In this document: positions 11,641-23,462 of the stretch, piece after piece
How positions within the stretch are numbered: position 1 is the first letter of the stretch
Layout: each line of letters opens with the position of its first letter
Assembly (NCBI RefSeq): GCF_001194135.2
Contig: NC_068981.1
Location: forward strand, 107,000,352-107,064,351
Direction: 5' to 3'
Length of the DNA stretch: 64,000 bases
Origin: Octopus bimaculoides
Lineage: Eukaryota
Made by a program: the position numbers and the translations under genes
The notes under the pieces: model-generated
What the model was told of the DNA's origin: nothing
Database searches by the model: none
What the model saw: the letters and a program-made list of their open reading frames with translations, nothing else

Positions 11641-11837
11641 ACAGTTTTATGTACTTTTTCATGAAGTAAAATACACCTTTTGTGGCAGTTATAATGAAAT
11701 TACTTTCTTATATCAGAGTAATAGGGCATTTCAATAGAACATCTTCACCCCACGGGAATTACCGGATACACCAGCTAGTATTTCTATATATATACGTATT
11801 TATATCTATATTTATTTATATATATATATATATATAT

Positions 11838-12166
11838 NNNNNNNNNNNNNNNNNNNNNNNNNNNNNNNNNNNNNNNNNNNNNNNNNNNNNNNNNNNNNNN
11901 NNNNNNNNNNNNNNNNNNNNNNNNNNNNNNNNNNNNNNNNNNNNNNNNNNNNNNNNNNNNNNNNNNNNNNNNNNNNNNNNNNNNNNNNNNNNNNNNNNNN
12001 NNNNNNNNNNNNNNNNNNNNNNNNNNNNNNNNNNNNNNNNNNNNNNNNNNNNNNNNNNNNNNNNNNNNNNNNNNNNNNNNNNNNNNNNNNNNNNNNNNNN
12101 NNNNNNNNNNNNNNNNNNNNNNNNNNNNNNNNNNNNNNNNNNNNNNNNNNNNNNNNNNNNNNNNNN
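11838..12166. other. Assembly gap
   Basis: Run of N. Confidence 1.
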
Positions 12167-12998
12167 AAACAATCGCGCACGAATGGTGCTTTTTTACGTG
12201 CCACCAGCACGAGGGCCAGGCTGGCGGTACTGGCAACAACCACGCTCCAATGGTATTTTTTATGTGCCACCTACACAGGAGTCCGCCAAAGTTTTTTTCA
12301 CATGCCACCGGCACAAGTGCCAGTAAGGCAAAGCTGGAAACAATCGCGCACGAATGGTGCTTTTTTACGTGCCATCGGCACAGGAGCGAGACCGCTGCCC
12401 TGGCAGTGATCCTGCTCGGATGGTGCTGTTAGCGTTCCACTGGCACGGGTGCCAGTCATCAAATTTACTTCAGTTTCATCTCACTTTCTCCAACAGGTCT
12501 TCACAAGCTGACTTTAGTGTCCAATGAGGGTAGGGTGGCATGGGTGCCAGTCATCAAATTTTGTTCAATTTCGATTTCAATTTCACTTGTTTCAACAGGT
12601 CTTCGCAAGCAGGGTTTTGTGTCCAAAGAAGGAAAGGTACGCATAGGTGGGCTGGCCACACCCTTTGTAAAGGCCACGGGTTATGGTCTCACTAGTCCTT
12701 GCTTCCACACCTGAAACTTCTCCTCTAGTTCTGATAGTGACTCAGCAATTAGGGCAAGGTCATCAGCGTAGAGGAGCTCCCAAGGGCATCCCGTCTTGAA
12801 TTCCTGTGTTATTGCCTGGAGGACTATAAATAGGAGGGGGCTGATTACTGAACCTTGGTGGACCCCTACCTCTACCCGTAATTCTTCACTGTACTCGTTG
12901 CCAACCCTTACCTTTCTGACAGCGTCCTTGTACATGGCTTGCACAGCTCTCACTAACCACTCATCTAGCCCTAGTTTCCTCGTTGACCACCAGATAAG
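12167..12998 (-). mobile_element. RTE-clade LINE: RT fragment joined by an internal deletion to the 3'UTR
   Basis: Minus strand reads LIWWSTRKLGLDEWLVRAVQAMYK...GVHQGSVISPLLF...WELLYADDLALIAES...WKQGL (RT motifs), fused at about 12690 to a 3'UTR homologous to 22521-23090. Confidence 0.9.
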
Positions 12999-13795
12999 GG
13001 TGTGCAATGAGGAGGGAACCAGACTGCTGGAGTTCTGTGATGCAAATGATCTTATGGTTTGCAATATCAACTTCAGGAAACCAGCCTTTCACCTAGTCAC
13101 CTACCATTCCGGCAGACACACTAGCCAAATCGACTACATCCTCGCCAGAAATAGGGAAAGAGGACTGCTTATAAATGCCAAAACCTTTCCTGGCAAAGAA
13201 TGTACCCCTCAACACAGATTAGTAGTTAGTGACTTCGGGATCAAGGCAAAATGGATGCCCAGATGTAGACCAGCTTGGAGGAGAAGGCTTTGGAAGCTTA
13301 TAGATCCTGCAAATGGACAGAGATTTAGAAATGTGTTACTCAAAGCATTTGACGAAATAGAAGGGGATATAGCATCACACAACGTGGAAGACAATTGGAG
13401 GTTTCTATGGGACAACCTGATGAGAGCCACTGACCAGATCTGTGACTGGTGCAAAGTCCCCTCTCGACCCAGAGTAACGTGGTGGTGGAACAATGTGGTT
13501 GACAGGGTTATTAGTCAAAAGAAACAGGCTTGGAAGGACTGGAAGAATGGAGGTAGCAGGGAATTGTATCAGACTGCCAAAAGGGAAGCTAGGAGACAGG
13601 TTTACTTAGCAAGAGGGGAAGCAGATAAGAAGAAATTTGCCAATGTTCTGCACCGTGAGGACCAAAGACTTGAAGTATTTCGTGTTGCAAGACAGTGTGT
13701 GAGAGAGAATCATGATCTCGTAGGAGAGAAATGTGTCCGCTTAGATGATGGCTCACTTGCACTAAACGAGGCTGCAAAGAGAGAGGTCTGGAGAC
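12999..13795 (+). mobile_element. RTE-clade LINE endonuclease C-terminus and linker, inverted relative to the adjacent RT piece
   Basis: NEEGTRLLEFC..NDL..CN..FRKP, TYHSG...SQIDYIL and QHRLVVSDF (APE C-terminal motifs) plus WWWN, all stop-free in ORF 12796-13926. Confidence 0.9.
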
Positions 13796-13799
13796 TCCA

Positions 13800-14400
13800 A
13801 TTTATGTATATATATTTGCTCACTTTCCTTCCACTTTACACTTCACTGTGTCCCTGTCATTTTTTCTCGCCCCTCCTTAATTCTTTTGTCCCTCTGCCTC
13901 TACCTCTCTCTTCTCTTCCCACGTGACAGGTGTTCGGCCAAATCTGACCTGTCTTTCTTGTCCAGCCGTTGTGCATGCAACATCGTTATTCCTCCCTGTA
14001 CGTGTGAAATCTTGTATCCTTGGTGTGAGACCTTATTTCCATACACGCCAGCTTAATTTGATTCGTCCTTAGTCGAAAGACATCTGTTGTTATGTCCTGT
14101 TATTATTCTTACTGTATTTATGTAACATTGGTCGTTTCTTTCTGTCCTTGTTTTTGTATACATTCGCTGCTTTCTTCCAAGGAATCTAATTCTCTTAGCT
14201 TTGTTTTTCCTTGGAGCTGGCCAGATTGGAGCAATATCGAGAATAACCAGCCAAAATTGCAAGAATAATCTGGATCCCACCTGAAGAGACTAAACTCCGA
14301 ATGACCTGTCCATGTTTTCTTTGTATCTTCTATCTGTATGTTTTGTCCCTTTCTTGTATCACATAACTGTCTGGATGTTTTGCGTTCGGGTCCCATTCTG
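13800..14400. repeat. Unclassified CpG-containing interspersed repeat, possibly a Penelope-like terminal repeat
   Basis: CpG-retaining, pyrimidine-rich non-coding block with a degenerate CTGAAGA-gag..ctc-cGAA motif at about 14280. Classification is inference. Confidence 0.3.
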
Positions 14401-14484
14401 TATTATATATATATATGTATATATTTATATATATATAAAGCAGGAGGGTAAATTTGATGATAGCCTCATACGCATAGAGAGGTC

Positions 14485-15005
14485 TTGACAAATTTGGACC
14501 AACACATCAATATACTTTTCCTAGGTGACTTTAACCTCCCAAATGTTAAATGGCCTGAAGGTCACATCCTCTCTGAGATGTCAATGCATGAACACAGCCA
14601 CGCAAAATCTTTGTTAGAACTCTCCAACATGCTGTTCATGGAACAATTGATACTCCAACCTACTTCCTGAAGGGTAGAAGTCAGACAGTTGCAGCCAATG
14701 GAGAATTATCTAGGGAAACGCAAATATTGAGCGGTGTTCGACAAGGAACTGTCCTGGGGCCACTACTGTTCATAGTAGCCCTTCTGAACTTCATGGTCAC
14801 TCGGACAGCCATTGTCACTAGCTATGCTGATGACACAAAACTGTCTCAGGCAATAAAGAATCCTGATGATGTCATAAGCCTGCAGAATGACCTAAATGCA
14901 ATATACAAGTGGGCAGAGCAAAATAATGTGCGGTTCAATGCTAAAAAATTTCAAGTACTGCGCTACAAGGCCACAAGTGCCCACCAACTGTCATACACAG
15001 GACCT
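14485..15005 (+). mobile_element. CR1/L2-group LINE remnant: APE fragment fused directly to an RT fragment
   Basis: ILFLGDFNLPNVKW (APE) followed by SGVRQGTVLGPLLF, SYADDTKL and LQNDLNAIYKWAEQNNVRFNAKKFQVL (RT). Confidence 0.85.
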
Positions 15006-15043
15006 GCAGTATATGTATATATATATATATTTATATATTAATA

Positions 15044-15390
15044 GCCCACGCTCTTAACCCCGACGTTATATGCCCATGGTCATATGGCGTAGTGGTTAAG
15101 AGTACAGGCTACTAGCCCCATGATTCCAAGTTCAATTCCAGTGACCTGAATAGGGCATATGGCACAGTGGTTAAGAGCGTGGGCCACTAACCCCAAGATT
15201 CTGAGTTTGGTTCCAGGCAGTGATCTGAATAATAATAATAATAATAATAAAATCAAATAATATCTTAGGAATGAACCCAGGTTCGAAATTTCCCCCAAGA
15301 CACCTGATGAAGGATGGAAGGCATATCAGCCGAAATGTTGTTAACAACAAAGAAGATGAGGACAAGTATCCATCAAATATAAGTAATTTA
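15044..15390 (+). mobile_element. SINE with duplicated tRNA-like heads, an (AAT)n spacer and a CTGATGA...CGAAA tail
   Basis: Heads at 15081-15151 and 15153-15230 carry an A box (tggc..agtggttaag) and a B-box-like gagtttggttcca or caagttcaattcca. An inverted partial head lies at 15044-15075. Confidence 0.65.
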
Positions 15391-15659
15391 GATAATGTAC
15401 ATAATTCCTGTTCTCTTAAATTTAGAACTGTATTAAACAATCGTATCATTGGAATCTTGAAGTTACAAGATAATGCATAAGTAAATAAACATTACATTTG
15501 ACAGTAATCTAAATGCTGAAAGGTTAAGTAAAGTCATAAAACTATTTTTGTTTTGTTTTTTGTCTTGTGACAATATCTTGTCAAGAAATAAAATGAAAAT
15601 CAGCAAAATACTGAAGTCGAGTTTCACCTCCCTTACAAAACATAGGAAAGAAACAATAT

Positions 15660-15886
15660 TTAACGTTTTAGAATTTAAACCAGCCATATCCAGCCCAAAT
15701 ATTCTACCTGTTTTATGTTCAGACCAGACAGATCTGGCCTCTCACATGTACCCTACAATAACATTCTAGAAGAACACCATCACATCATTCAAATCTTAAA
15801 GGTGCAAGATAATGCATAATTAATTTATAACCTCGTGAATAAATAAGCATTACATTGAGAAAGTAATTTGAATACTAAAGGGTTAA
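15660..15886 (+). mobile_element. piggyBac-type MITE family P1, copy A (a partial 3' copy also lies at about 15430-15527)
   Basis: TTAA-cgttttagaattt ... aatactaaaggg-TTAA. The internal sequence is shared with the copies at 21875, 24675 and 41244. Confidence 0.75.
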
Positions 15887-15911
15887 CATTACTCATTTTT
15901 ATTCAGCAGAA

Positions 15912-15959
<48 letters not shown>

Positions 15960-16189
15960 ACCCCTCTCTAATTTGAAAATAATTCAATGTTATAATCCTC
16001 ACTTCATCATCTATGCAGATCTGTGATAAACAGATGATGATCCAATTACTGGAGTCCAGAGTTACACAATTTGAGATGTGTTTGTTTGTGAAAGAGAGTA
16101 ATAATTACTTGATGGTTGTTGTCAGATGAAATATGGGAAATTCTGTAGCTGATAGTTGCCAGTTGTTTATACCAAGGTCAGCTCTGATT

Positions 16190-16460
16190 GAATAGGCCAG
16201 TTATAGATGTTCCAGCTTTGACCATTCAGTTTTTTTTTAAACATGCTTTTTCTTGGACCACATTATCCAATGTCACCCTCTGCTTTTAAGAGATTATAAG
16301 ATGTGTTTTTGAAGGGATTCAGCTTCTATTTCTAGCAGGTTGTGTATCTCAGACCACATTATCCAAAGTCACCCTCTGCTTTGAAACCTGTCGGATGGGA
16401 TTTTAAAGAGATTTGGCTTCTATTTCTAGCAGGTTAAATGACCATTTACTAGCTCCTTTG
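16190..16460 (+). repeat. Interspersed repeat (family E) with an internal tandem duplication of about 96 bp
   Basis: gaccacattatccaa.gtcaccctctgcttt...gcttctatttctagcagg occurs at 16256 and 16352. Relatives lie at about 25960-26180 (opposite strand) and 39740-40070. Confidence 0.65.
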
Positions 16461-17189
16461 TTAGTATAGGTGTTCAGGAACCAAATATGATTTTGTTGTG
16501 TCGTGGTGTCATTGAAATTTAATCAATGGTAATTTAAAATTTCTTTCTCCTTTATAAGTAGCAGTAATGCACTGAGATCAAACAAATCTACCTCTGTTTA
16601 CAAAAGAAACTATATAAAGTGCAGCTGCTGTAAATCAATTTCTTGATTTTTGAGTAAATTAAGTAAGCTGTCTTTTGATCAGTTTAACAAAATTCCTACT
16701 TTTATTCTTGTTTATTTTTATTATGTCTTACATGAGAAGCAGAGGCAGTGTCCACAACCTTTGTTGCCCCTCAAATGTTGATGTGATCACTTCAGCTATC
16801 ATAACATTTTTAACATCTGTAAGCAAGAATGAATTTTAGGGTGTGGAATCTCTGAGAAGGAAAGATTAGGTAAAGTGGTTTGTGCCAGATCTAAGGGTAT
16901 GAGGCACAGTAGGGTTGACAAGAGAGGGAAAGATGGGTATGTTGGGAGAGCTCCAAGATAGACTGTGTTGGTGAGTGAAATTTAGCTAATTAGATGACTT
17001 TCAGATGTGATCTGAGATTTGTGTGCGTGATGCTACTTTTGAGGTGGTGTTTGTGTTTACGTCTCACCACTTAATAACTTGTGTTAATTTGTTTCTATCA
17101 TCTTAACTTAGTGGTTCAGCTTAAAAAGAGACTGATAGAAAAAGTGGTAGACTTAATATAAGTACTGGGGTTGATTTGATGAACTAAAA

Positions 17190-17310
17190 CCCTTGAGCCC
17201 AGTCTGGCTCTGCTTGTGTGTCTATACTGAGTACACTGGATGGAGTTCCTACCTACACCTTTCCCACATACTGACCAGGGCCATTTACCTGATGAGAGTA
17301 GGGTCCTGAA
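17190..17310 (-). mobile_element. RTE LINE fragment (post-RT Cys-rich insert)
   Basis: SSGKWPWSVCGKGVGRNSIQCTQY on the minus strand; a similar piece lies at about 42280-42350. Confidence 0.6.
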
Positions 17311-18780
17311 AGAAAACATTTTACATTAAACAATTAGAATTTTGTAACGAGAAGCAATTATACTTCTAATGCCTTGAATGTATATATAAAACCTCAAATA
17401 ATGGCCCTCTTTGTTTTATTGTTTTTTTTATACCTGTTTTATTTAAATTATAACTATTCTCCATTTTCATGGATGTTTTCTTCCCCTGTTTTGAGCAATC
17501 CCTTTTTCCATTTTGATTGACATTGACTTCTTTTTAACTTAACATATGACAACTCCCTGTGTCCTCACATCAATTGTGATGACAACTCCCTAACTAACAT
17601 TGAATGAAGCAATACACTTGCAGCATGATTATAGTTGCCAATCTAAACACACGTTGGGGAATGGCGACTTGAATAAACTTACATTGATGTAGTAAAATTA
17701 TCTATAAGGGAACAGATTATTTTATGACGGGTAACTAGATATTTTTTGTTTTTTTCATTATGATATTTTTGTTTGTACTTTTGGTGTGTTTATCAAAACT
17801 GTTCTATTTCTGGAAATAATAGTTTTGGAGTGTTCCAAAATTGCAAAATTCATGTTCTCAAAAGAAAGGAAATCATTTATAACTCATTTTTGTTATTGTT
17901 ATTATAGTCATCTGTATTTAAGTAGAAGACCTTTGTTGCAGAAATAGGCAACTGGGGCAGCTCATGAGCATTGGATATTTTCGAAACCTCCATATGTTGT
18001 CTAATTTATCCACTTGAAAACATATATTTGAAAAACTGGGGGATGTCATCTACCAAAAATTTTAACTTTAGAATTTCACTAGATATTTACTGTAATCAAT
18101 TTGCAAAAGCTTGCTTAATAAGACTGAGGTATGCAAACTGGTTTAAAGAAGTGCAATAAGTTGTTGGTAGATGATGAAGCAAGTGGAAGAAGCATGATTG
18201 AAAGGTTCATGGCCCTAAGTGATAATCTTCCAAAAGACAAGCAGCAGTACCTTCTACAATACCAGCATAAGCAAGCAAATTGGTTCACAAGTTGATTATG
18301 GTCAATATTGAGTGAAATCTCAGAGTAAAAATTGTTGGTATTAAAAACATCTCACAGTCTTTCATCAAGGTCAGAGTTTTTCCCTCATAACTTTTAGGAA
18401 AATGTTTTTTTTAAATGAAATTTTATATAAATATCTTTCAACAGGCATAGATTATGATTATAAAGAAATTTGTAGGAAAATCTTTTCTGAGGGGTGGAGA
18501 GAGGACTTCAGAAAATTCACAAGATCCAAGTTTTTCATCCATAACTTGATGACAGTTTATCGTGGACAGCAGATATAAATCCAAAATTTAAATATTCCTC
18601 TGAATATTGACGAACATCTTTTTTAACTTGCACTGCTTTTATGTATTTTTGAATCAGCATAACTACAGATTTCTGCACCCCTGACTTTGGATTATCACAA
18701 CTTTCAGAAAAATGAATATTTTTTAATAAAATTGTCTACGAATATGTGTTATATCATGTTGATTCTGAATATACAAAATT

Positions 18781-18971
18781 NNNNNNNNNNNNNNNNNNNN
18801 NNNNNNNNNNNNNNNNNNNNNNNNNNNNNNNNNNNNNNNNNNNNNNNNNNNNNNNNNNNNNNNNNNNNNNNNNNNNNNNNNNNNNNNNNNNNNNNNNNNN
18901 NNNNNNNNNNNNNNNNNNNNNNNNNNNNNNNNNNNNNNNNNNNNNNNNNNNNNNNNNNNNNNNNNNNNNNN
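18781..18971. other. Assembly gap
   Basis: Run of N. Confidence 1.
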
Positions 18972-21450
18972 GTTTAATGAAATTCTCTACAAATATGCCT
19001 CGGACTATGTAGATTCCAAGGACATAGAAATTTGGCAGGGGGGGGACAATTGGGGGCTATTTTTGAGAATTGTTCCCCACTCACGGGTGTTTCTGAACAA
19101 ATTGTCCATATTTGTTTCATTTTCTCCGTTTTGTGCGTTTGTGCATCCGTAGATTTCTACTACACACTTACACATGCACACATATGTAATTAAAAAAGTT
19201 CAAACGGAGAATTATTCCATTCAATATCATGTTTATTATAGAGATTATGTCACAAATTATACTTTACACTTCTATATTTAACTGTGCATATATATTCCTT
19301 ATTTTTGCTTCTGGTGTCTTCTGCCTTTCTATTAGAAACATTTACCTGGGAATTTACTTAAAGTGAAAAAAAATCGTATGCAACAGATAAGTCATTTATT
19401 GCCCTATCAACACTCTGCTGCACCACATTTTTTTTGTGTACCTAGATTTTTTGTCACAAGAGACAAAAGAGTCACTACTCTTAGACACATCTGCACACAT
19501 AAGCCTGTCTCCAGTTTATTTCTCCATAGGGGATTAAGATTGTATTGCTTTCAGTACTGACCAGTTCTATACTACATGCACACACACAAACACACAAACG
19601 TTTGTAATTACCTACATGTTTTGACATACCACTAAATTAAAGGAAATAATCTTATTCTCTCTTTAGTGACATCAGATCTTATGAATATGATGAAAACGAC
19701 CTGTTTTCTCTAAAGTGTCAAAAATTTGATAAAATTGTCAATGGAATGGATGTAAAGAATTTTGTTTTTAATAACCCATTCTTTAAGTTATCTTGCCTCA
19801 CCAGTGGGGCCTGTACCCCATGTTGGGAATCACAGCACTAGAGGTTTGATCCTAATTAAATCAAGCATATATTATATGTATCAAATTATTGTGAACTTGC
19901 TGAAAATATTGTTTTGAGGTAAATCCCATTTTCATAGGGGTATGTGTTCAGGAAATAGACTTTCTTAATTTTAAAAGTGTATGATAAGTCTCTTCAGATG
20001 ACTTACCTCATACTCAACATGTGCTCTGTGAATGCAGTATTGATATGTAAACATATACATAATATGTAACATATCATTCTAAGGAATCATGAATTTTATT
20101 ACACAGATCCTAAGCATTATACTTTAGTGGTATTTGACAAAAAATATATCAGCTAAATTAGTTAACAGCATTTCGAATGGCAGTGGTGAAAAGTCTAACT
20201 ATGACAGTAATGTGATATAAATAAATAATCTCTAATTTAATGCTTAGTTTCCAAAACATAAAGATTGCTGACAATTGTTGATATTTCATACATAATGGAA
20301 GCTGATGTGAAGTGAGTTAGCTATCATGTTAAATGTGTCTTGAATTTTCTAAGAGGATTTACTTTGTGTAACTTTGTTGAAATGAAAGAGTGAAGTGATT
20401 AAAGAGAGTTAAGCATGATAGTATAAGTTTTAATCGTTATTTTTTTATTTTCATTTTATTTATTCATTTTTTTATAATGGCATGTCATGAATAAGTTAAA
20501 AGTGGAACTGCATCAATGGCTAAAGAGAGATTAAAAAAAAAATTTGTTGAAGTTTGAAAGGGACAATTTTTTGAAAGCATTTTTTTTTCCTATCCTGTAC
20601 AACTTGTCTTTTGCATCTCCAAGAACTATACTATGCATCCTTTTGATGTATAACATTTTTAAAAGTTAGGGACTAATCTACTTTATAAATTGACAAAAAA
20701 ATTTTCATTAAACTAAATTATGTCTATCTTTGATGTTTCATGTACATTAATTCATTCCTTATATATTTCTCTGCTGACAAAACCAACAGAAGCCATATAT
20801 TCTTCTGATTGTGAACCACTTTTTGACAACCATTTTATACCCTCCTTTTATTTCTCTTGTGAGACGATGATGGTAGTGATTCTATAGCAAAATTTCCATC
20901 CTTGACTGTAGCCATTTTTCTCAACTTAGAGCAGTGATGATTATTTGAAAGGCCTATAGTTTACAATTTCTCCACCTTGTAGGTCATGGGGGACAGCTGG
21001 TAAAATCTTCCAAGCTATCCCTACATGAATACCAAATATTTTATAGGTACTTAGCATGCTGGATTGTAAGCCATTCTTACCCTGTCATCTATTTCTTCCA
21101 CATCATTTAATAATATATTTTTGTTTTAATGTATGTCTCACTTCCTAAACATCTTCAGTTAGCTCACTATTTCTATTGATCTTTACAAGTATTGAAGATG
21201 AATAATTTTATCTAGTCAATATCATAATCTATAGATTTCAGCTTTTCATTCTTACTTTATTACTTATCTTTTTACCTAAACATTATTCTTTATCTGTCCT
21301 ACCTACACCATCGTTTCAATTTTCTTGAGTCTGAAAACCATTTAACTATTTGTTTTGGAAAAAAAAAAAATAAACAACAATGAAATATTAACCGTTCCTT
21401 TGAAATAGAGAATAAGTAACATAATAGTACATCTCTTTCTTATGTATATT

Positions 21451-21651
21451 GGTTTCAAATTTTGGCACAAAGGCAGTAGGGGTTAGTTGATTACATTGAC
21501 CCCAGTGCTCAACAGATACTTATTTTATTGACCCAAAAGGATGAAAGTCAAAGTTGACTTCAGCAGAATTTGAACTCAGAACCTAAAAACAGATGAAATG
21601 CCACTCAGCATTTTGCCCGGCATGCAAATGATTCTGCCAGCTCACCACCTT
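21451..21651 (-). mobile_element. SINE family A, near full length
   Basis: ggtttcaaattttggcacaa...gaatttgaactcagaac...gattctgccagctcaccacct. The reverse complement starts with a tRNA-like head carrying A and B boxes. Confidence 0.85.
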
Positions 21652-21874
21652 ATCTCTCTCTCTCTTACATGTGTTATCATTTGTATGTAAGTAAGTACTA
21701 GTCTAACAATTCTGAAGGATAGAATTCAACCCATTTTTATGCTTATTAAACTAACGGACAGCTGATTAGTGTAGTCAGACAGAGAGTTCCAATTTTAGAA
21801 GACTTGATTAAGCATTTAGTACAAATGGAGGAAATAATACAGAGGAAGGCATTGGGATAAGAAAAGCAGGTCCG

Positions 21875-22090
21875 TTAACTCTTTAGCATTTAAACTGGCC
21901 ATATTTGGCCCAAATAGTCTACCTGCTTTATGTTCAAACTGGCCAGATCTAACCCTTCACACCTACCTTACAAAGTCATTCTAAAAATAAACTACCACAT
22001 CATCAAACTCTCAAAGCTACAAGATAATTCAAAACAAAGTGAATAAATAAGGATTATATTTAACAGACTCATCTGAATGCTAAAGGTTAA
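21875..22090 (+). mobile_element. piggyBac-type MITE family P1, copy B
   Basis: TTAA-ctctttagcattt ... aatgctaaagg-TTAA. Confidence 0.8.
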
Positions 22091-22520
22091 ATGGATTTGT
22101 ATAAAGTTAGCAAAGATACAGATACAACAATTTCAGAAGAGCAGAGGCATTTGTTGTTGTTGTTGTTGTTGAGGAGTCAGGGTGGGGGTGCGTTGGTGAA
22201 AGAAGAAGGATGTAATTCAATAATCAGGAAGTGAGGAAGTGAAGCCTTGTATTTTTGGCAAATAGCTTTTGTTCTCATTTGCCTATAAAAACATTTGAGC
22301 AAATACTTGTCTCTGCAAGTTGTACCTGTAGAAGCATGGGAGAAAAGAAAGAAAACAACATAGGGAGAGTGGCATAATTACTTTAAAAAATTTTTTTAAA
22401 TAGACTTTCCTTCATTACTACAGAGGCTTTTAATTTGGCTTCTCGCTTACTGACATGTAAAAATTAAAAAACCTGGTCTCTGCAATCTAACAAGATAGGA
22501 TTTTTGTTTATAGCTTATTG

Positions 22521-23150
22521 TCATCATCATCATCGTTTAACGTCTACTTTCCATGCTGGCATGGGTAGGAGGATTTGACTGAGGACTGGCGAACCAGATG
22601 GCTGCAATAGGCTCCAATCTGATCTGGCAGAGTTTCTACAGCTGGATGCCCTTTCTAATGCCAACCACTCCGATAGTGTAGTGGGTGCTTTTACATGCCA
22701 CTGGCACGAAGGCCAATCAAGCAGTACTGGCAATGGCCATGCTCAAATGGTGTTTTTTACGCACCACCTGCACAGGAGCCAGTCCAGCGGCACTGGCAAT
22801 GACCTTGCTCGAATATTTTTTCATGTGCCAGTAAGGCAACACTGGTAACAATCACGCTTGAATGGTGCTTTTTATGTGCCACTGGCATGGAAGCCAGTCA
22901 GCTTCTCTGGCAACGATCACGCTCGGATAGTGCTCTTAGCGCTCTACTAGCACGGATGCCAGTCATTGAATTTGATCTCAATTTCACTTGTCTCAACAGG
23001 TCTTCGCAAGCAGAGTTTAGTGTCCAATGAAGGAAAGATATGCATAAGTGGGATGGTTACACCACTGGCATAGGCCACAGGTTATGGTCTCACTTGGCTT
23101 GCCTGGTTTTCTCAAGCACAGCATATTTCCAAAGGTCTCGGTCACTAGTC
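22521..23150 (-). mobile_element. 5'-truncated RTE LINE (ORF end, 3'UTR and (GAT)n tail), antisense to the gene
   Basis: The minus strand begins with DRDLWKYAV (the DRxxW motif typical of RTE ORF ends), continues through an internally repetitive 3'UTR and ends in a (GAT)4 tail at 22521-22534. Confidence 0.85.
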
Positions 23151-23241
23151 TCAAGTTTAGTCTTTCTTAAGATATCTTAAACTTGCATTTACAATTTTTT
23201 ATACAATTTATTTATCTGGTATTTTTATTTCTATTTTGCAG

Positions 23242-23462
23242 ATAACCTATTGCTTGATTTGGGCCAAGTTGTGAGATATGTGCAAGTTTTGTAAGCAGTT
23301 CAAAGAAACCATGTGTGGTTACAGATCCAGTTGGACTTGAGTTTTTACCCTCTCATTTGTTACTGTCTGTGATAGCAGCAGGGACTCTCAGAATCACTTT
23401 GGATACCTCCATACCAGTTGAAACTAGTGTTTAGTCTTGTGATTGTTGTGACAACTATAGCT
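23242..23462 (+). other. 5'UTR portion of the AUG-containing exon (whole exon 23242-23706, 465 nt)
   Basis: A strong acceptor, atttttatttctattttgcag|ATAAC, ends at 23241. The sequence runs continuously to the ATG at 23463. Confidence 0.7.

Noticed and set aside
402-12326. Long ORFs in the supplied track that span N-runs
   Set aside because: They are open only because N codons translate as X.
15081-15230. tRNA genes
   Set aside because: The A and B boxes are present, but the acceptor and T stems do not close. The units are embedded in repeat bodies and are SINE heads.
18000-18360. Faint mariner-like N-terminal words (NWFKE, DEASGR); similarly faint Tc1-like words at about 29400-29490
   Set aside because: Too decayed to support a call or set boundaries.
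23418-23462. TTG-initiated N-terminal extension of the GALNT ORF
   Set aside because: Homology begins near ATG 23463, and nothing supports non-AUG initiation.
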